A stretch of 64,000 nucleotides of DNA from Candidatus Latescibacterota bacterium (GTDB taxonomy: Bacteria > Latescibacterota > UBA2968 > GCA-2709665), in assembly GCA_965208835.1 (NCBI GenBank), contig OZ242358.1:2944001-3008000 (forward strand), written 5' to 3'. Below, one piece after another: positions 41,262 to 51,351 of the stretch (the first letter of the stretch is position 1; each line of letters begins with the position of its first letter). The notes beneath the pieces are model-generated. The model was not told the DNA's origin. It did no database searches and saw only the letters and a list, made by a program, of their open reading frames with translations. The position numbers and the translations under genes are program-made.

Positions 41262-41786
41262 ATGAAACCGCGAGTCGTATTTGTTGCTGCGCTGGTCGCG
41301 ATTGCTGCGGGTGTATGTGCGGCGTCGGATAGTCCGCCGAAAACCAGGGGTTCGATCGAAGAATTCAAACTCTATACAAAATGCCTGGGTGTTTCACCCG
41401 TGGTTGAGTACCGGTCTCAGAATGCGGAGGAAACCGGCTTAAAAAGAAAAGAGATAGTCGCCGCGGTGGAATCCAGATTGCGTTCCGCCGGGTTGCATCA
41501 GTCCAGTTTCTTTGAGTTCTCCGAGGGGTCGGTCGTTTTCCTGCCGCACCTGTACATGCACGTCAATGTGATTGGACAGTCGTACTTCGTACTGCTTGAG
41601 CTGAAAAAGTGGGTCCATGAACCCTTGTCCGGGCAATTGAACTATTCCCAGACCTGGCGGGCCGAGACGTCGGGTATCCACGGGACGAGCAGCCGGCGCA
41701 TTATGGCTTCCGTGCACGATCTGACAGATCAGTTTGTCGAGGAGTGGCTCAAGGTAAACAAGCCGGACGGGAAGTGCGCGGAGTAA
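41262..41786 (+). CDS. Secreted hypothetical protein
   Basis: SD GAGG, signal peptide MKPRVVFVAALVAIAAGVCA; C-terminus duplicated at 48347-48440. Confidence 0.75.
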   Translation: MKPRVVFVAALVAIAAGVCAASDSPPKTRGSIEEFKLYTKCLGVSPVVEYRSQNAEETGLKRKEIVAAVESRLRSAGLHQSSFFEFSEGSVVFLPHLYMHVNVIGQSYFVLLELKKWVHEPLSGQLNYSQTWRAETSGIHGTSSRRIMASVHDLTDQFVEEWLKVNKPDGKCAE

Positions 41787-41855
41787 AACCGTCCGCGAAA
41801 CCGGTGCGACTCCAGATTTGAGTTTGGCTGATCGGTAGCAAAGAGGAGGGGCGAA

Positions 41856-42599
41856 ATGCGTTTACTTATCGTGATGTTGTGTCCGTTATTTGTCCCAACG
41901 CTAGTCTTCGGTGATCATCATTTTTCGGACCCGGTAATTGGACATATACCGATAACCCCGGTCACGCAAGCTGAACTCGATTCCATAGCACATGGTGATT
42001 GTCAGGCTTCAAGTCGCGTGATGGCTCGACTTGCTATCGTTTTGCAGGAAAAGGGCATTGAATCCGTTCGTGTGGCTGTTCCAGCCATACACGCTCACCT
42101 TTCGTCCATCATGGACAAAGAAGGACGGTCTGGTGAATGTGAAGTAGAATATGCCCTTGGACTGGCAGGATTCCTGGGGAGGATTGGAGACCCCAGATCC
42201 AGGTCGATTCTATTGACAGCGATTCGAAACAACATTGGGTCTGCGCACATTGGCTTGGCCAAAATGGATTCTGCAGTTGACAGCGTGATAACTTACCTGC
42301 AACACGATCAGTTACGGACACGCGGCACAGCGGGTCACACGCTGGTCAGAATGTACAGGAGTAAACCGTCTCTGTTTGGTGAATCACAGATCAAGTTGAT
42401 AAGACGGATGCTTTTGGAAAATATAGAACGATATGAGTATAAGGGCACATATTGCTTTGCCCTGGCGACGTTTGGCGATTCGACGGCCATACCTGTTTTG
42501 AGTCAAATTGCAAATAAAGATACATTAACCGGGTTAGGTGGAAGATTTCCAAATCGACGCATGGCGCGGTACGCGATTGATCAGATTCGTGCACGATAA
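41856..42599 (+). CDS. Secreted HEAT-repeat-like protein
   Basis: SD GAGGAGG; signal peptide; LGRIGDPRS and LATFGDSTAIPVL HEAT-like units. Confidence 0.75.
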   Translation: MRLLIVMLCPLFVPTLVFGDHHFSDPVIGHIPITPVTQAELDSIAHGDCQASSRVMARLAIVLQEKGIESVRVAVPAIHAHLSSIMDKEGRSGECEVEYALGLAGFLGRIGDPRSRSILLTAIRNNIGSAHIGLAKMDSAVDSVITYLQHDQLRTRGTAGHTLVRMYRSKPSLFGESQIKLIRRMLLENIERYEYKGTYCFALATFGDSTAIPVLSQIANKDTLTGLGGRFPNRRMARYAIDQIRAR

Positions 42600-42602
42600 C
42601 AG

Positions 42603-43045
42603 TTCAACAGAACCGGCACCACGAGCACGGTGACGCGCTCGCACAATGATGTCAAAGGTCACAACCGAACGGGAGCCATCATCCGCGATGATGGCTCCCG
42701 TTTTTTTTTAGCGTATCCGCGGCGATGGAGGAGTTCGAGCAACTGCTCTTCTGCCGACGGTACCTCAATTTATGTTAATTGGAGTTGTGGAAATCCACAC
42801 CTGCGATTGGTCGGGTTATCGACTGACAAGCGGAATTGGTCGCAAAAATGGCATTTTTCATTAAAAAATCAACGAAATCAGCCGAAATTTCAAAATTAGA
42901 TCATCCAATAATTGTTATATTTCCTGGTAATAGAAAAACGAGGTATGGAAATCTTCAGAGGAGATTTACGGTCAGAGGAACACCAAACCGAGATTGTGGC
43001 TTCACCCTCGATCTGGAATCCTGACACCTGACGGAAAGTCGATCC
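42603..43045 (+). repeat. Non-coding module, copy A (terminator + phased TCA array + extended -10)
   Basis: Collinear with 50209-50655; hairpin AACGGGAGCCATCATC-CGC-GATGATGGCTCCCGTT plus T-tract; TG-T-TATATT at 42913-42921. Confidence 0.75.
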
Positions 43046-43146
43046 GCTCTCCATCGGCACGCAGGGTTTCAGTCAGAGACAATACCGGTATTGGTCTGGT
43101 GATTGGATGTGAAACTCGCAATCGTTCGAGTCAAGAGGTGGCAGTG

Positions 43147-44202
43147 ATGAAAGGACTGATTGCTTTCCTTTGGGTGTTGAGTTCAAGTGCTCTTGGACAA
43201 GGTTCTTTTACTGTGAATTTGCCTATTTCCCACAATGAAAGACTCGGTGCGCCTGTACTGGCCGATATTGACGGAGACGGCGAACAGGAACTATGTGCCC
43301 GCGTCCGGAAATCAGACGACGGGCCTCGATGGCTGGTAGCATATGACCTGAAGTCAGGACGTGAAATGGGACGTATTCCAATTATCTATCGCGAATCATC
43401 TATCTATACTACGGATTTAGATGGCGATGGCGCTGAGGAGCTGGTAGCAATCAATTCTGTTATATGGGGCAACAGACCTGGATTCATCATCTATCGCTGG
43501 GAGCGAGGCAGGCTAACTCGCACTGAGTATGACTCGTTTTTGGGTGACGGTGGCCGCGTGGGTGATATCGACGGTGACGGTCGGGATGAGATTGTCTTTA
43601 ACCATCTGCCCCAGGGCTTTACGAATTCCGGTGGGACAGGACCGGTAGAGATTCAGGCTATTTCCTGGAATGGCGTAACTTTCGATCTGAAGGCCCGAAC
43701 TGCTTTACCGCAAACATATCTCCAAATGCATGTGGGTGACTTAAATGGGAACGGCAGGGCTGAGATCACGATATTGCGTTCCGGTTACAAGCGTCCGGGT
43801 CTATCCGTTTTTGGTTACACACACAGTCGAGATCTAACACTCCTGGATGAGTGGGAATCTTCAAGGGTCTATAACGATAATATGACTCGATTGTGGAGTG
43901 AACCGCTCCCAGGTAACAGGCAACGGATTATTATCCCTATCCCGGAACAATATTGGGAAGGTATGAATGGTCAGGCACGCATACAGTTTTTCGGGTTCCA
44001 ATTAACGCCACAAGGGATACTTCACGAACCGGAGCTAATCTTGTTTGATGAATATCGAGATCACACGCACCATGGCTCATTACCCTTAGTCCTCCGACCG
44101 GATTTTCAGCGGATCGACATTGACAGGGATGGCCGAGCGGAGGTATTGAATTTCGCGAATCGCCGCATCAGGCTTATTCGGCAGATGGGACCAACGCGCT
44201 AG
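43147..44202 (+). CDS. Secreted FG-GAP/VCBS repeat protein (paralog 1)
   Basis: Signal peptide; DIDGDGEQE, DLDGDGAEE, GDIDGDGRDE, GDLNGNGRAE, DIDRDGRAE Ca-binding motifs. Confidence 0.88.
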   Translation: MKGLIAFLWVLSSSALGQGSFTVNLPISHNERLGAPVLADIDGDGEQELCARVRKSDDGPRWLVAYDLKSGREMGRIPIIYRESSIYTTDLDGDGAEELVAINSVIWGNRPGFIIYRWERGRLTRTEYDSFLGDGGRVGDIDGDGRDEIVFNHLPQGFTNSGGTGPVEIQAISWNGVTFDLKARTALPQTYLQMHVGDLNGNGRAEITILRSGYKRPGLSVFGYTHSRDLTLLDEWESSRVYNDNMTRLWSEPLPGNRQRIIIPIPEQYWEGMNGQARIQFFGFQLTPQGILHEPELILFDEYRDHTHHGSLPLVLRPDFQRIDIDRDGRAEVLNFANRRIRLIRQMGPTR

Positions 44203-44333
44203 CAGTTCTCTCCGTACGATAAATCTGCCCCGGGCGCATAGTCCCGGGGCTTTGACATGTCGCCGAGCGCTGCATATTCATCCAATACGTACCTTGACCC
44301 TGCGAAAATTGAAAAAAACAGTGGAGTGCTATT

Positions 44334-45338
44334 GTGAGGTTTTAAGTTCTTGTAACCGGCCTCATCCTGGGTGCATTGCAACTGACATCTGCCCAAGTGC
44401 GAACCTTTACGGGTCCGGAACTCAAGGGCATTCGCAAGGCAGTGTTAGAGCAATTGCCAAACGGAACAGAACGGGTGATCGGTTTTTGGAAATATCAACT
44501 TACACCTGTTCACACGGGAGGCGTCATTGCAATAGATATTGTAAACGGACAACTCAAAAAGGTGTGGGAAGATAACGAGACCTTTTCCAGCACTAACAGC
44601 TATGATGCCAATGACTTAAATGGGGATGGTCGGTTAGATTTCGTCGTGGCTGGAATCGGCCTTGCTGAGTTAGGGGATAGGCTTTCCCGTTACTTTGCGA
44701 TTTATCTGAGCGAAGGGTCAGATCAGTATCAAAGGCACATTGTCCCTCGCGAAACCTTAACGCATCACATTGCAATAGGCGACATTGACGGCGATCGACA
44801 GAACGAAGTTGTGTTCACAGAACAATATGATTCCTATTCCGATTCTGAAGAAATGGGATGGCTTGAACTGGAAATGAAAATTGGCCGATGGCAGAACGGT
44901 ATTTTTCACGTTCAGGGAACAGGGGTCACACTCGACTCAGGGGATCACTGGTTTCAATTGATCCTTGGCGACATTGACAACGACGGCAGAGATGAGGCCC
45001 TCATTCACCAGGACGATAGCGATAACGATTTGGGTCGGTCGGTATTGGTCTATGATCTTGACGGCCGCGTGGCACTGGCTCACACGCTGGGAAATTTGGA
45101 CAATAGCCTTACACCAATTCCAAAACTGTCGGTTAGTAAAGGCCAACTACTACAGTTCGAATCAGGAAGCATAAACCCAACGGTTCTCCCTCTCGGTAGC
45201 GGCTTCTCCAAGATAGCTCCAATAGAGTTACCGGAAACCGACTTGGCTAATTGGGAGCCCGTACAGGTATCTACAAATCTGATCCTTAGCCAGCCGCGTG
45301 ATTCCAATAGTAATGAGCGACAGCTTATTCTCTACTAG
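44334..45338 (+). pseudogene. FG-GAP/VCBS repeat protein with in-frame TAA at codon 4 of the signal peptide
   Basis: GGAG-N7-GTG AGG TTT TAA GTT CTT... reads MRF*VLVTGLILGALQLTSA-Q; DLNGDGRLD, GDIDGDRQNE, GDIDNDGRDE downstream. Confidence 0.65.
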
Positions 45339-45525
45339 CTGATCGAGCAGACCTGGCCCGTATGCACATCCAGGATGCGTGGACCGGCGCCAAAATCCAC
45401 GCGCGCAACGTCGCCGGGAGAGAAACCCAGAACCGTCGTGACCCGCGGATGGGTCTGTTCCAACCCCTGCAGAAAACGGCGGATGGATGAGTAACTGCCG
45501 GAAGAACCGTACTTGCGAACCAGCG
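45339..45525 (-). pseudogene. IS21-family transposase IstA internal fragment
   Basis: LVRKYGSSGSYSSIRRFL...FSPGDVARVDFGAGP, matching the IstA Y-x-x-V-R-R and PGxxAQxDFG motifs. Confidence 0.8.
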
Positions 45526-45790
45526 TGTTAATCATCGCCCACATGCAGCCATTTCAGGATCGGCTTAATCAGGCCAGTTGAAGATCGGCCCAATTGGGCC
45601 ACCTGAGATACGATTGAGGTTTCGGACTTTCCGGAAACGTCTCTACCTTATGAGTGTCTCCCCGACAATCAGGACGGAAACACATGGCAAACCGGAGTTT
45701 CGAGATCATTCAGTGTCGCCAGGTATTGGCGCAAATGCGGTTGGGCGAGTCGGGTCGTGCGATTCCCCGTTTCGAAAATGGGACGTCGGA
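45526..45790 (+). mobile_element. Decayed IS21-family left end with 5' istA stub
   Basis: Starts TGTTAATCATCG; ~24-bp repeats GATCG..GGCCA; stub MANRSFEIIQCRQVLAQMRLGESGRAI from 45684; homologous to 49678-49945. Confidence 0.75.
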
Positions 45791-46873
45791 ATGAAACTGC
45801 TCATCGCAATTGTTGCCTTGTGGCCGACAATTGTCTTTTCTCAGGCCTCCTTTCTCTATTCTGTTAGCCCAGGAGAGCGTATTCAGGAGACCTTTCTCGC
45901 GGACTTCAGGGGAACTGGCCAACAGCAAGTGTTGATGAGAGTGTGGGAGCGCGAAACCCATACACCATATCTTGTTATTTTTGATGTTACAACACGGCAG
46001 GAAGTGGGCAAGTTCGCGATAAACCTGCGCAACCCGAGCGGTTGGCTCAAAGCCGATTTGAACGGCGACAAAGTTTCAGAACTCGTAATTGTCAATGAAA
46101 TATACGACAGTTCAACAAGTGTGGACAATCCAGGCTTGGTTGTCTATCAGTGGAAGGACAACATTCTTAGGCAGACAGAAGTTTCAGACTTTTCTGGCAT
46201 ATGGGGACAAACCGGAGATGTGACCGGCGACGGGCGAGACGAAGTTATCCTCTGTTCCCTGCCAATAGGTCATACAAACCCCGGCGGGACTGGCCCAATA
46301 GATATTGAGGTACTGTCATGGAACGGGCGAGACTTCGAACTAATTACCAAGACGAGTATGCGAGAAACCTATCTTCGAACAAAAGTTATCGACCTTAACG
46401 CCGACGGTCGAGATGAAATCGTGGCATTTAGATCCGGTCAGTGGGACGAGGACTACACTGTTGAATTGGACCCACAGCTGGGTGTCTATCGGTATAATGA
46501 AACTTCAGAGTTGGAGCTTATCGACGAAGTTACGTTTCCAGTGGTCCAAGACTGCAATTTAAATCGCCTATGGACTCAGCCATTGGAAAACGGTGAGCAT
46601 CGCATTGTCATTCCACTCCCGGTAGAGTTCACAGAGGATCGAAACGATTGGCCGATTCTTCGTTATCAGGGTTTTCGACTGGAAGAAAACCAGTTAATGC
46701 TTGAAACGGAATTGCTGTCGTTTGAATGGGACGATTACAATAAAGCTCCCTTAACCTATCCTCCCGCGCCAGCAATGACCTTGCGTGCCAGCGATGGTTC
46801 ATCGGAGGTTATACAAGTTGAAGATAGACGACAGCTAAATCTGAAAGAGTTGCCTTCGGCACTTCCCAAGTAG
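45791..46873 (+). CDS. Secreted FG-GAP/VCBS repeat protein (paralog 2)
   Basis: Signal MKLLIAIVALWPTIVFS-Q; DLNGDKVSE, GDVTGDGRDE, DLNADGRDE; shares the TNxGGTGPxxI..WNG block. Confidence 0.88.
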   Translation: MKLLIAIVALWPTIVFSQASFLYSVSPGERIQETFLADFRGTGQQQVLMRVWERETHTPYLVIFDVTTRQEVGKFAINLRNPSGWLKADLNGDKVSELVIVNEIYDSSTSVDNPGLVVYQWKDNILRQTEVSDFSGIWGQTGDVTGDGRDEVILCSLPIGHTNPGGTGPIDIEVLSWNGRDFELITKTSMRETYLRTKVIDLNADGRDEIVAFRSGQWDEDYTVELDPQLGVYRYNETSELELIDEVTFPVVQDCNLNRLWTQPLENGEHRIVIPLPVEFTEDRNDWPILRYQGFRLEENQLMLETELLSFEWDDYNKAPLTYPPAPAMTLRASDGSSEVIQVEDRRQLNLKELPSALPK

Positions 46874-46947
46874 AATGGCCAGCGGAACAACAGTTGCCCT
46901 GCTTATTTTGGATCCACAAGCCTTGGAATTGTCTTTAGTCACCGCTT

Positions 46948-47095
46948 TGTTATTGATCGCCCATATCCGCGGCCACTGCAGGATCGCTTTAGTCAGGCCT
47001 GTCGAAGATCGCCCTAATGCGGCCATTGTATGATCGGCTGAACAGGCCACCCAGTGGCCTAAGGCGGTTCGGGTCGCCGGCAGGGCCGCGCGCTA
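46948..47095 (+). mobile_element. Decayed IS21-family end (four transposase-binding repeats)
   Basis: TGTTATTGATCG start; four GATCG-N-GGCC repeats; 5' half resembles 49678, 3' half resembles 51590. Confidence 0.7.
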
Positions 47096-47190
47096 TGTGA
47101 GGGAACATATCTATCCAGCTGTCCCGACCTATGTACCGTGGAAACAGACAATTGCTCACGGCGGAGTTCCAAAGATAAAGTAGGCTATGT

Positions 47191-48237
47191 ATGAAACTCT
47201 CAACTCTGCTGCTGTTGTTACCGACGGCTGTCTTTGGTCAACAGTCGCTTTATTCTGTAGATCCCAGTGAAAGATTAAGCCCCCGAATTATCCCCATTGC
47301 TGATTTTAGTGGAGATGGGCAGGATGAATTGCAACTCCAGATATATAATCGAGAAACAGACAAGCACCGTCTTGTATTCCTTGATGCTCATACCTACCAA
47401 GAAAAGGCTGTCTATCACATCGGTTTGCGATTTGGTTATGGGGTAACGTCGGGAGATATTGACGGGGACGGCATCACAGAAACAATTATTATCCCCGAAG
47501 TTGATACCGTTCGCCCTCGGCGCGGCCAACCGGGTCTTGTGATCGTGCGCAAAGTTGGTGAGGGTTTTCTACGAACTGAGTTCACTGAGTTTTGGGGCGT
47601 TTGGGGAAACGTGGGCGACTTGAACGGTAACGGACGGGACGAGTTAATATTGTTTGGTTTTCCTCGGGGGATGACCAACTTAGGGGGGACCGGGCCCATA
47701 GATATACAGGTGTTTGAGTGGAACGGTTCCGGCTTTGACCTGACTTCGGTCGTGTCGTTACCGGTGATGTATTTAAAGACTGAAATTAAGGACTTGGATG
47801 GTGACCAACGCGCCGAACTTATCGTACTGAAGTCCGGTGGCCGGGACAATGGCGTTTTATCACCACGTCGGTTAGCTATTTACTCCTTTACAGATGACTC
47901 CCAACTAACGCTTACAGATGAAGTCATCGTCTCAACCCAGTATGAAGACAATATGACTTTGATGTGGACACAACCCACAGGGGAGGACAAACGACGCGTC
48001 ATTGTTCCAATTCCTGAAAAATGGGAAAGTCATATGGACGATATGCGAATACTCCATTATGAAGGGTATCAGTTTGTGGACAAGCGGTTGGTTTTGGAGT
48101 CAGAACACTTGCCCTTCAAATGGAAGTATTATAACGATGCTCCATTGTCCCTGCACAACCATCTTGCCGGACTGGAAATAAAGGATTACCAACACCTGCA
48201 GCCTGGAAAGAGACTACCCGATCTACTACCACGTTGA
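47191..48237 (+). CDS. Secreted FG-GAP/VCBS repeat protein (paralog 3)
   Basis: Signal MKLSTLLLLLPTAVFG-Q; DFSGDGQDE, GDIDGDGITE, GDLNGNGRDE, DLDGDQRAE; TNLGGTGPIDI..WNG. Confidence 0.88.
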   Translation: MKLSTLLLLLPTAVFGQQSLYSVDPSERLSPRIIPIADFSGDGQDELQLQIYNRETDKHRLVFLDAHTYQEKAVYHIGLRFGYGVTSGDIDGDGITETIIIPEVDTVRPRRGQPGLVIVRKVGEGFLRTEFTEFWGVWGNVGDLNGNGRDELILFGFPRGMTNLGGTGPIDIQVFEWNGSGFDLTSVVSLPVMYLKTEIKDLDGDQRAELIVLKSGGRDNGVLSPRRLAIYSFTDDSQLTLTDEVIVSTQYEDNMTLMWTQPTGEDKRRVIVPIPEKWESHMDDMRILHYEGYQFVDKRLVLESEHLPFKWKYYNDAPLSLHNHLAGLEIKDYQHLQPGKRLPDLLPR

Positions 48238-48348
48238 ACCATGACAAAGACCCAGGTCGAGCAGACCTGACCCGTATGCACGCCCTGGATGCGCGGACCG
48301 GCGCCAAAGTCCATCTGCGCGCCGTCGCCCGGAGAGAAACCTGGAACC
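48238..48348 (-). pseudogene. IS21-family IstA fragment
   Basis: Reverse strand reads FSPGDGAQMDFGAGPRIQGVHTGQVCSTWVFVM, paralogous to 45339-45435. Confidence 0.75.
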
Positions 48349-48440
48349 GGCGCGTTATGTCTTCCTTACACGATCTGAGGGATCGGTCTTTCGATGAGTG
48401 GAACAAGGTGAACAAGGCGGACGGGAAATGCATTGAATGA
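48347..48440 (+). pseudogene. 3' remnant of a paralog of the 41262 gene
   Basis: RRVMSSLHDLRDRSFDEWNKVNKADGKCIE* versus RRIMASVHDLTDQFVEEWLKVNKPDGKCAE*. Confidence 0.8.
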
Positions 48441-48474
48441 CTGTTTTACCTGTTGTCAGAAGGAGGCCAATACG

Positions 48475-49560
48475 ATGACCACGGATGTTGGAAGCCTAAG
48501 AAAAAAACTGGACGACTTCATGGCCCTGGTAGACGGCGACCACTCGATTACTGATGATGGTCCGCTTCGAGAAGTATGCCGAGACGTTGAAGCTTTGTTG
48601 TCAAAGGGTCTGTCTCCGGAACTCGTACATCTTGCGGATCGCGTTTTCAGGTATCTCGGACAAGAAGGTCTCAAGAAACGCATACCATTTCATCGAGAAT
48701 ACATGGAAGTCGCCCCTGACCCTGATGAGCGCTTCTGGTCTCATTGGCATCTTGTTGATTCGCTTGCAGTACTGCGCCTCAACCCCGAAGCCGTGGAGGA
48801 ACAAATCAAGCTCTATCGATGGACCTGTGAGAACCAGTCGGATGAACACATTCTGAGAGCCCTCGAGGATACAACCCAGGCGCGGTGTTGGCTCATGGAG
48901 GGTCGGATTGATGAATGGTACGAACTCTATGAGGAAGCGTCAAATCGATTGGAAAGTCCAGACGTAAGTCATTACTGGCGTTGTAACTTCCTCCGTGCGG
49001 GGGCAGCCGTCTATGCATTGGCTGACAACCTGGACAAGGCCTTGATTGAGCTCTCGAAGCTTGACGCCTGTATTCAAAATAAGGCCCACTGGAAGCACTA
49101 TCGAGTTTTCTGGCTGGCAAGCGTAACAAGCCGGCTGGAAATCTTCCGTAAACAGAAGAAGTGGGGCGAGTTCGATCTCACTGCTAAAAACGGAGTCTCG
49201 TTTGTGGAAGTTGAATTGGAGAAGTTGACGGTTGGGAAACTAACCGATGTCGGTACATTGGCGTGGGTTGCCCATGATCTTGGATGTTGTATGTTTTGGG
49301 CTGAAAGGTACGAGGCAGCTGAGAGCCTCCTGCAGGCGGCGATAAGCGCTAAAGATGATGCAGGGCACCATTTCTTTCTTTCGGCTTGCATATGGGCTGG
49401 GAGAAAGGACCGCAAACAAACGCTTTTCCATTTGAGAACTGCGCAGAGTTTCATACGAAATTCCCTCAACCGAGGACGATACTACCATTACTTCCTTGAA
49501 ACACCGGAGTTTTCGGATGTATGGGAAGATACGGAATTCCTGGCCGCTCTCGGACACTGA
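48475..49560 (+). CDS. Hypothetical alpha-helical (TPR-like) cytoplasmic protein
   Basis: SD AAGGAGG; 361 aa; helical repeats such as AHDLGCCMFWAERYEAAESLLQAAI. Confidence 0.75.
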   Translation: MTTDVGSLRKKLDDFMALVDGDHSITDDGPLREVCRDVEALLSKGLSPELVHLADRVFRYLGQEGLKKRIPFHREYMEVAPDPDERFWSHWHLVDSLAVLRLNPEAVEEQIKLYRWTCENQSDEHILRALEDTTQARCWLMEGRIDEWYELYEEASNRLESPDVSHYWRCNFLRAGAAVYALADNLDKALIELSKLDACIQNKAHWKHYRVFWLASVTSRLEIFRKQKKWGEFDLTAKNGVSFVEVELEKLTVGKLTDVGTLAWVAHDLGCCMFWAERYEAAESLLQAAISAKDDAGHHFFLSACIWAGRKDRKQTLFHLRTAQSFIRNSLNRGRYYHYFLETPEFSDVWEDTEFLAALGH

Positions 49561-49677
49561 TGGCTGTCCTGCCAGCGAACTGCTGAAAAAGACAAATAAC
49601 TCGGTCCTTCTCCAATTTTTGCGAATATCCTATCTGGTAGGCTTTGACGAAATAAATCAGAATTGTCGGGCTCCAGA

Positions 49678-50153
49678 TGCCAATTATCGCCAAAATTGCG
49701 GCCACTGCAGGATCGTCTTAATCAGGCCAGTTGAAGATCGACCTAATCCCGCCGCCTGGGATACGATTAAGGTTTCGGACTCTCCGGCAACGTATCTACC
49801 TTCTGAGTGTCACCCCGACAGTTAGGAGGGAAACACACGGCAAACCGGAGGTTCGAGATGTATCGGTATCGCCAGGTATTGACGCGTATGCGGTTGGGCG
49901 GGTCTGATCGTGCGATCGACCGTTCAGGGATGAAGGGCCGTCAGAAGGCCCGCGCCTGACCGGGTGCGGACGCGTCGGCGCTTCTTCAATTGGCATGCAG
50001 TGAGAGTTAGTTGGAGGCTTCCAGCGCATTGCCCGATGATGCGACTCTGGCGCAGGTTCTGCAGGTTCCTCGGTCGTGGCCTCCGTCGGCGTCGTGAGTC
50101 CAAGCCTACATGGACAATGTCGTGTCCTTGTGACGTCAGATCCATGGACGGCG
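49678..50153 (+). mobile_element. Decayed IS21-family left end with inactivated 5' istA
   Basis: TG-initiated end repeats; SD AGGAGG with ACG in place of ATG; (T)ANRRFEMYRYRQVLTRMRLGGSDRAI...LPDDATLAQVL with internal stops. Confidence 0.75.
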
Positions 50154-50208
50154 TAAGGAGGTTTGTCAGAAACGAACAGACGCTCACCCCCCCTTTTTCA
50201 GGGATCGT

Positions 50209-50655
50209 TTCAAGCGAACCGGCGCGACGAGGAGTTGACGCGCTTACAAAGAGAAGCCAAAAGTAACAACCGAACGGGAGGCATCATCGCGGATGATGCC
50301 TCCCGTTTTCTGTCGCCGGAACGGTGGCGATGGAGGAGTTCGAGGAACCGCTCTCTTTTGGACGCAAACTTGATTCGCGTCCGTTGGAGTCCCGGCAATC
50401 CACAGCTGTGCTTGGTCGGGTCATCGACTGACAAACGATTGTTGTCCTAAGAATGCAACTCTTCATCATAAATTCATCAATTTCATTCGAAATTTCAACT
50501 ATAGTTCATCAAATATTAGTTATATTTGGTACCAGACGACAAAGGATGCATCGTAATTCATGGACAGAATGACGGTTTAATGCGCATCAGGTCGAATTCG
50601 CGGCTTCTTCGCCTTCGATATGGTTCCTATAGCACCTTAGGGGACCTCGACTTGC
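50209..50655 (+). repeat. Non-coding module, copy B
   Basis: Collinear with 42603-43045; hairpin AACGGGAGGCATCATC-GCG-GATGATGCCTCCCGTT; TATATT at 50521. Confidence 0.75.
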
Positions 50656-50820
50656 GAATGGAGGCACATACGGGATACGGAAGCAGATAGTCCATGCAGA
50701 GGAAAATGCGGAATCTGAAATTGACTTGATACCCAAAACCTCGCGCCGAATGCTCAGCGATGGAGTGTCTGTCCTGGGCCCTGTGACTTCACGTCCTAAA
50801 CCTATGTATGGAGCTAAGGT

Positions 50821-51351
50821 ATGTTCACCAATCGGAACCTTAAGGTCACCCTGATGATACTCTCAATATTGGTGCTCGTATTTATTCTGTGGTTACTGGG
50901 CACGGTTGCCTGGAAAATATCCACGTTGGAACTCGCACCCTTTTCACCAACAAGAGCTGTTGTGGGGATACTAAAGGGTTCGGCCAATGATGAAAACGGA
51001 GAAAAAGCCCGCTTAAAAGACGAAATAGACATCCTCAAATCCGAACTTGCCTACCTGTATAGCGACTCCGGGAGTATCGAGGAAAAGAAAAGAGCTATTA
51101 GAGACCTAATTGACATCCAAGCAGAATACAAAGAACATTGGCTTACCGTGATGGGGCAAATCAAGGATGAATTGAAAAGAATCGAGAAGATCGAACTCAA
51201 TAGAAAAAGTTACTCGTTTCAAAAATTATCAACGGGTATGGGCAGGCAAATGGTACACACGGCGAAGATCCAGAAACATACTGGCGAATTATACAACACA
51301 CTCAAATTCTCGAGGCAGAGAATAAATCAGATTCTGAAGGGTGAGAAATAG
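50821..51351 (+). CDS. Membrane-anchored coiled-coil hypothetical protein
   Basis: SD GGAG; N-terminal TM helix; heptad-rich C-terminal part. Confidence 0.7.
   Translation: MFTNRNLKVTLMILSILVLVFILWLLGTVAWKISTLELAPFSPTRAVVGILKGSANDENGEKARLKDEIDILKSELAYLYSDSGSIEEKKRAIRDLIDIQAEYKEHWLTVMGQIKDELKRIEKIELNRKSYSFQKLSTGMGRQMVHTAKIQKHTGELYNTLKFSRQRINQILKGEK

Noticed and set aside
42630-42899. Small ORFs within the duplicated module (also 50163-50450 and 50210-50434)
   Set aside because: Starts and stops are not conserved between copies and the ORFs run through the terminator hairpin; a decayed coding origin is not fully excluded
46948-47060. CRISPR-like repeats
   Set aside because: ~24-bp degenerate tandem units without unique spacers; they match IS21-type end repeats next to istA stubs; no cas genes
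41262-51351. Integron cassette array
   Set aside because: Co-oriented genes suggested it, but there are no convincing attC (RYYYAAC...GTTRRRY) palindromes and no integrase; the spacers are explained by IS21 relics and the duplicated module
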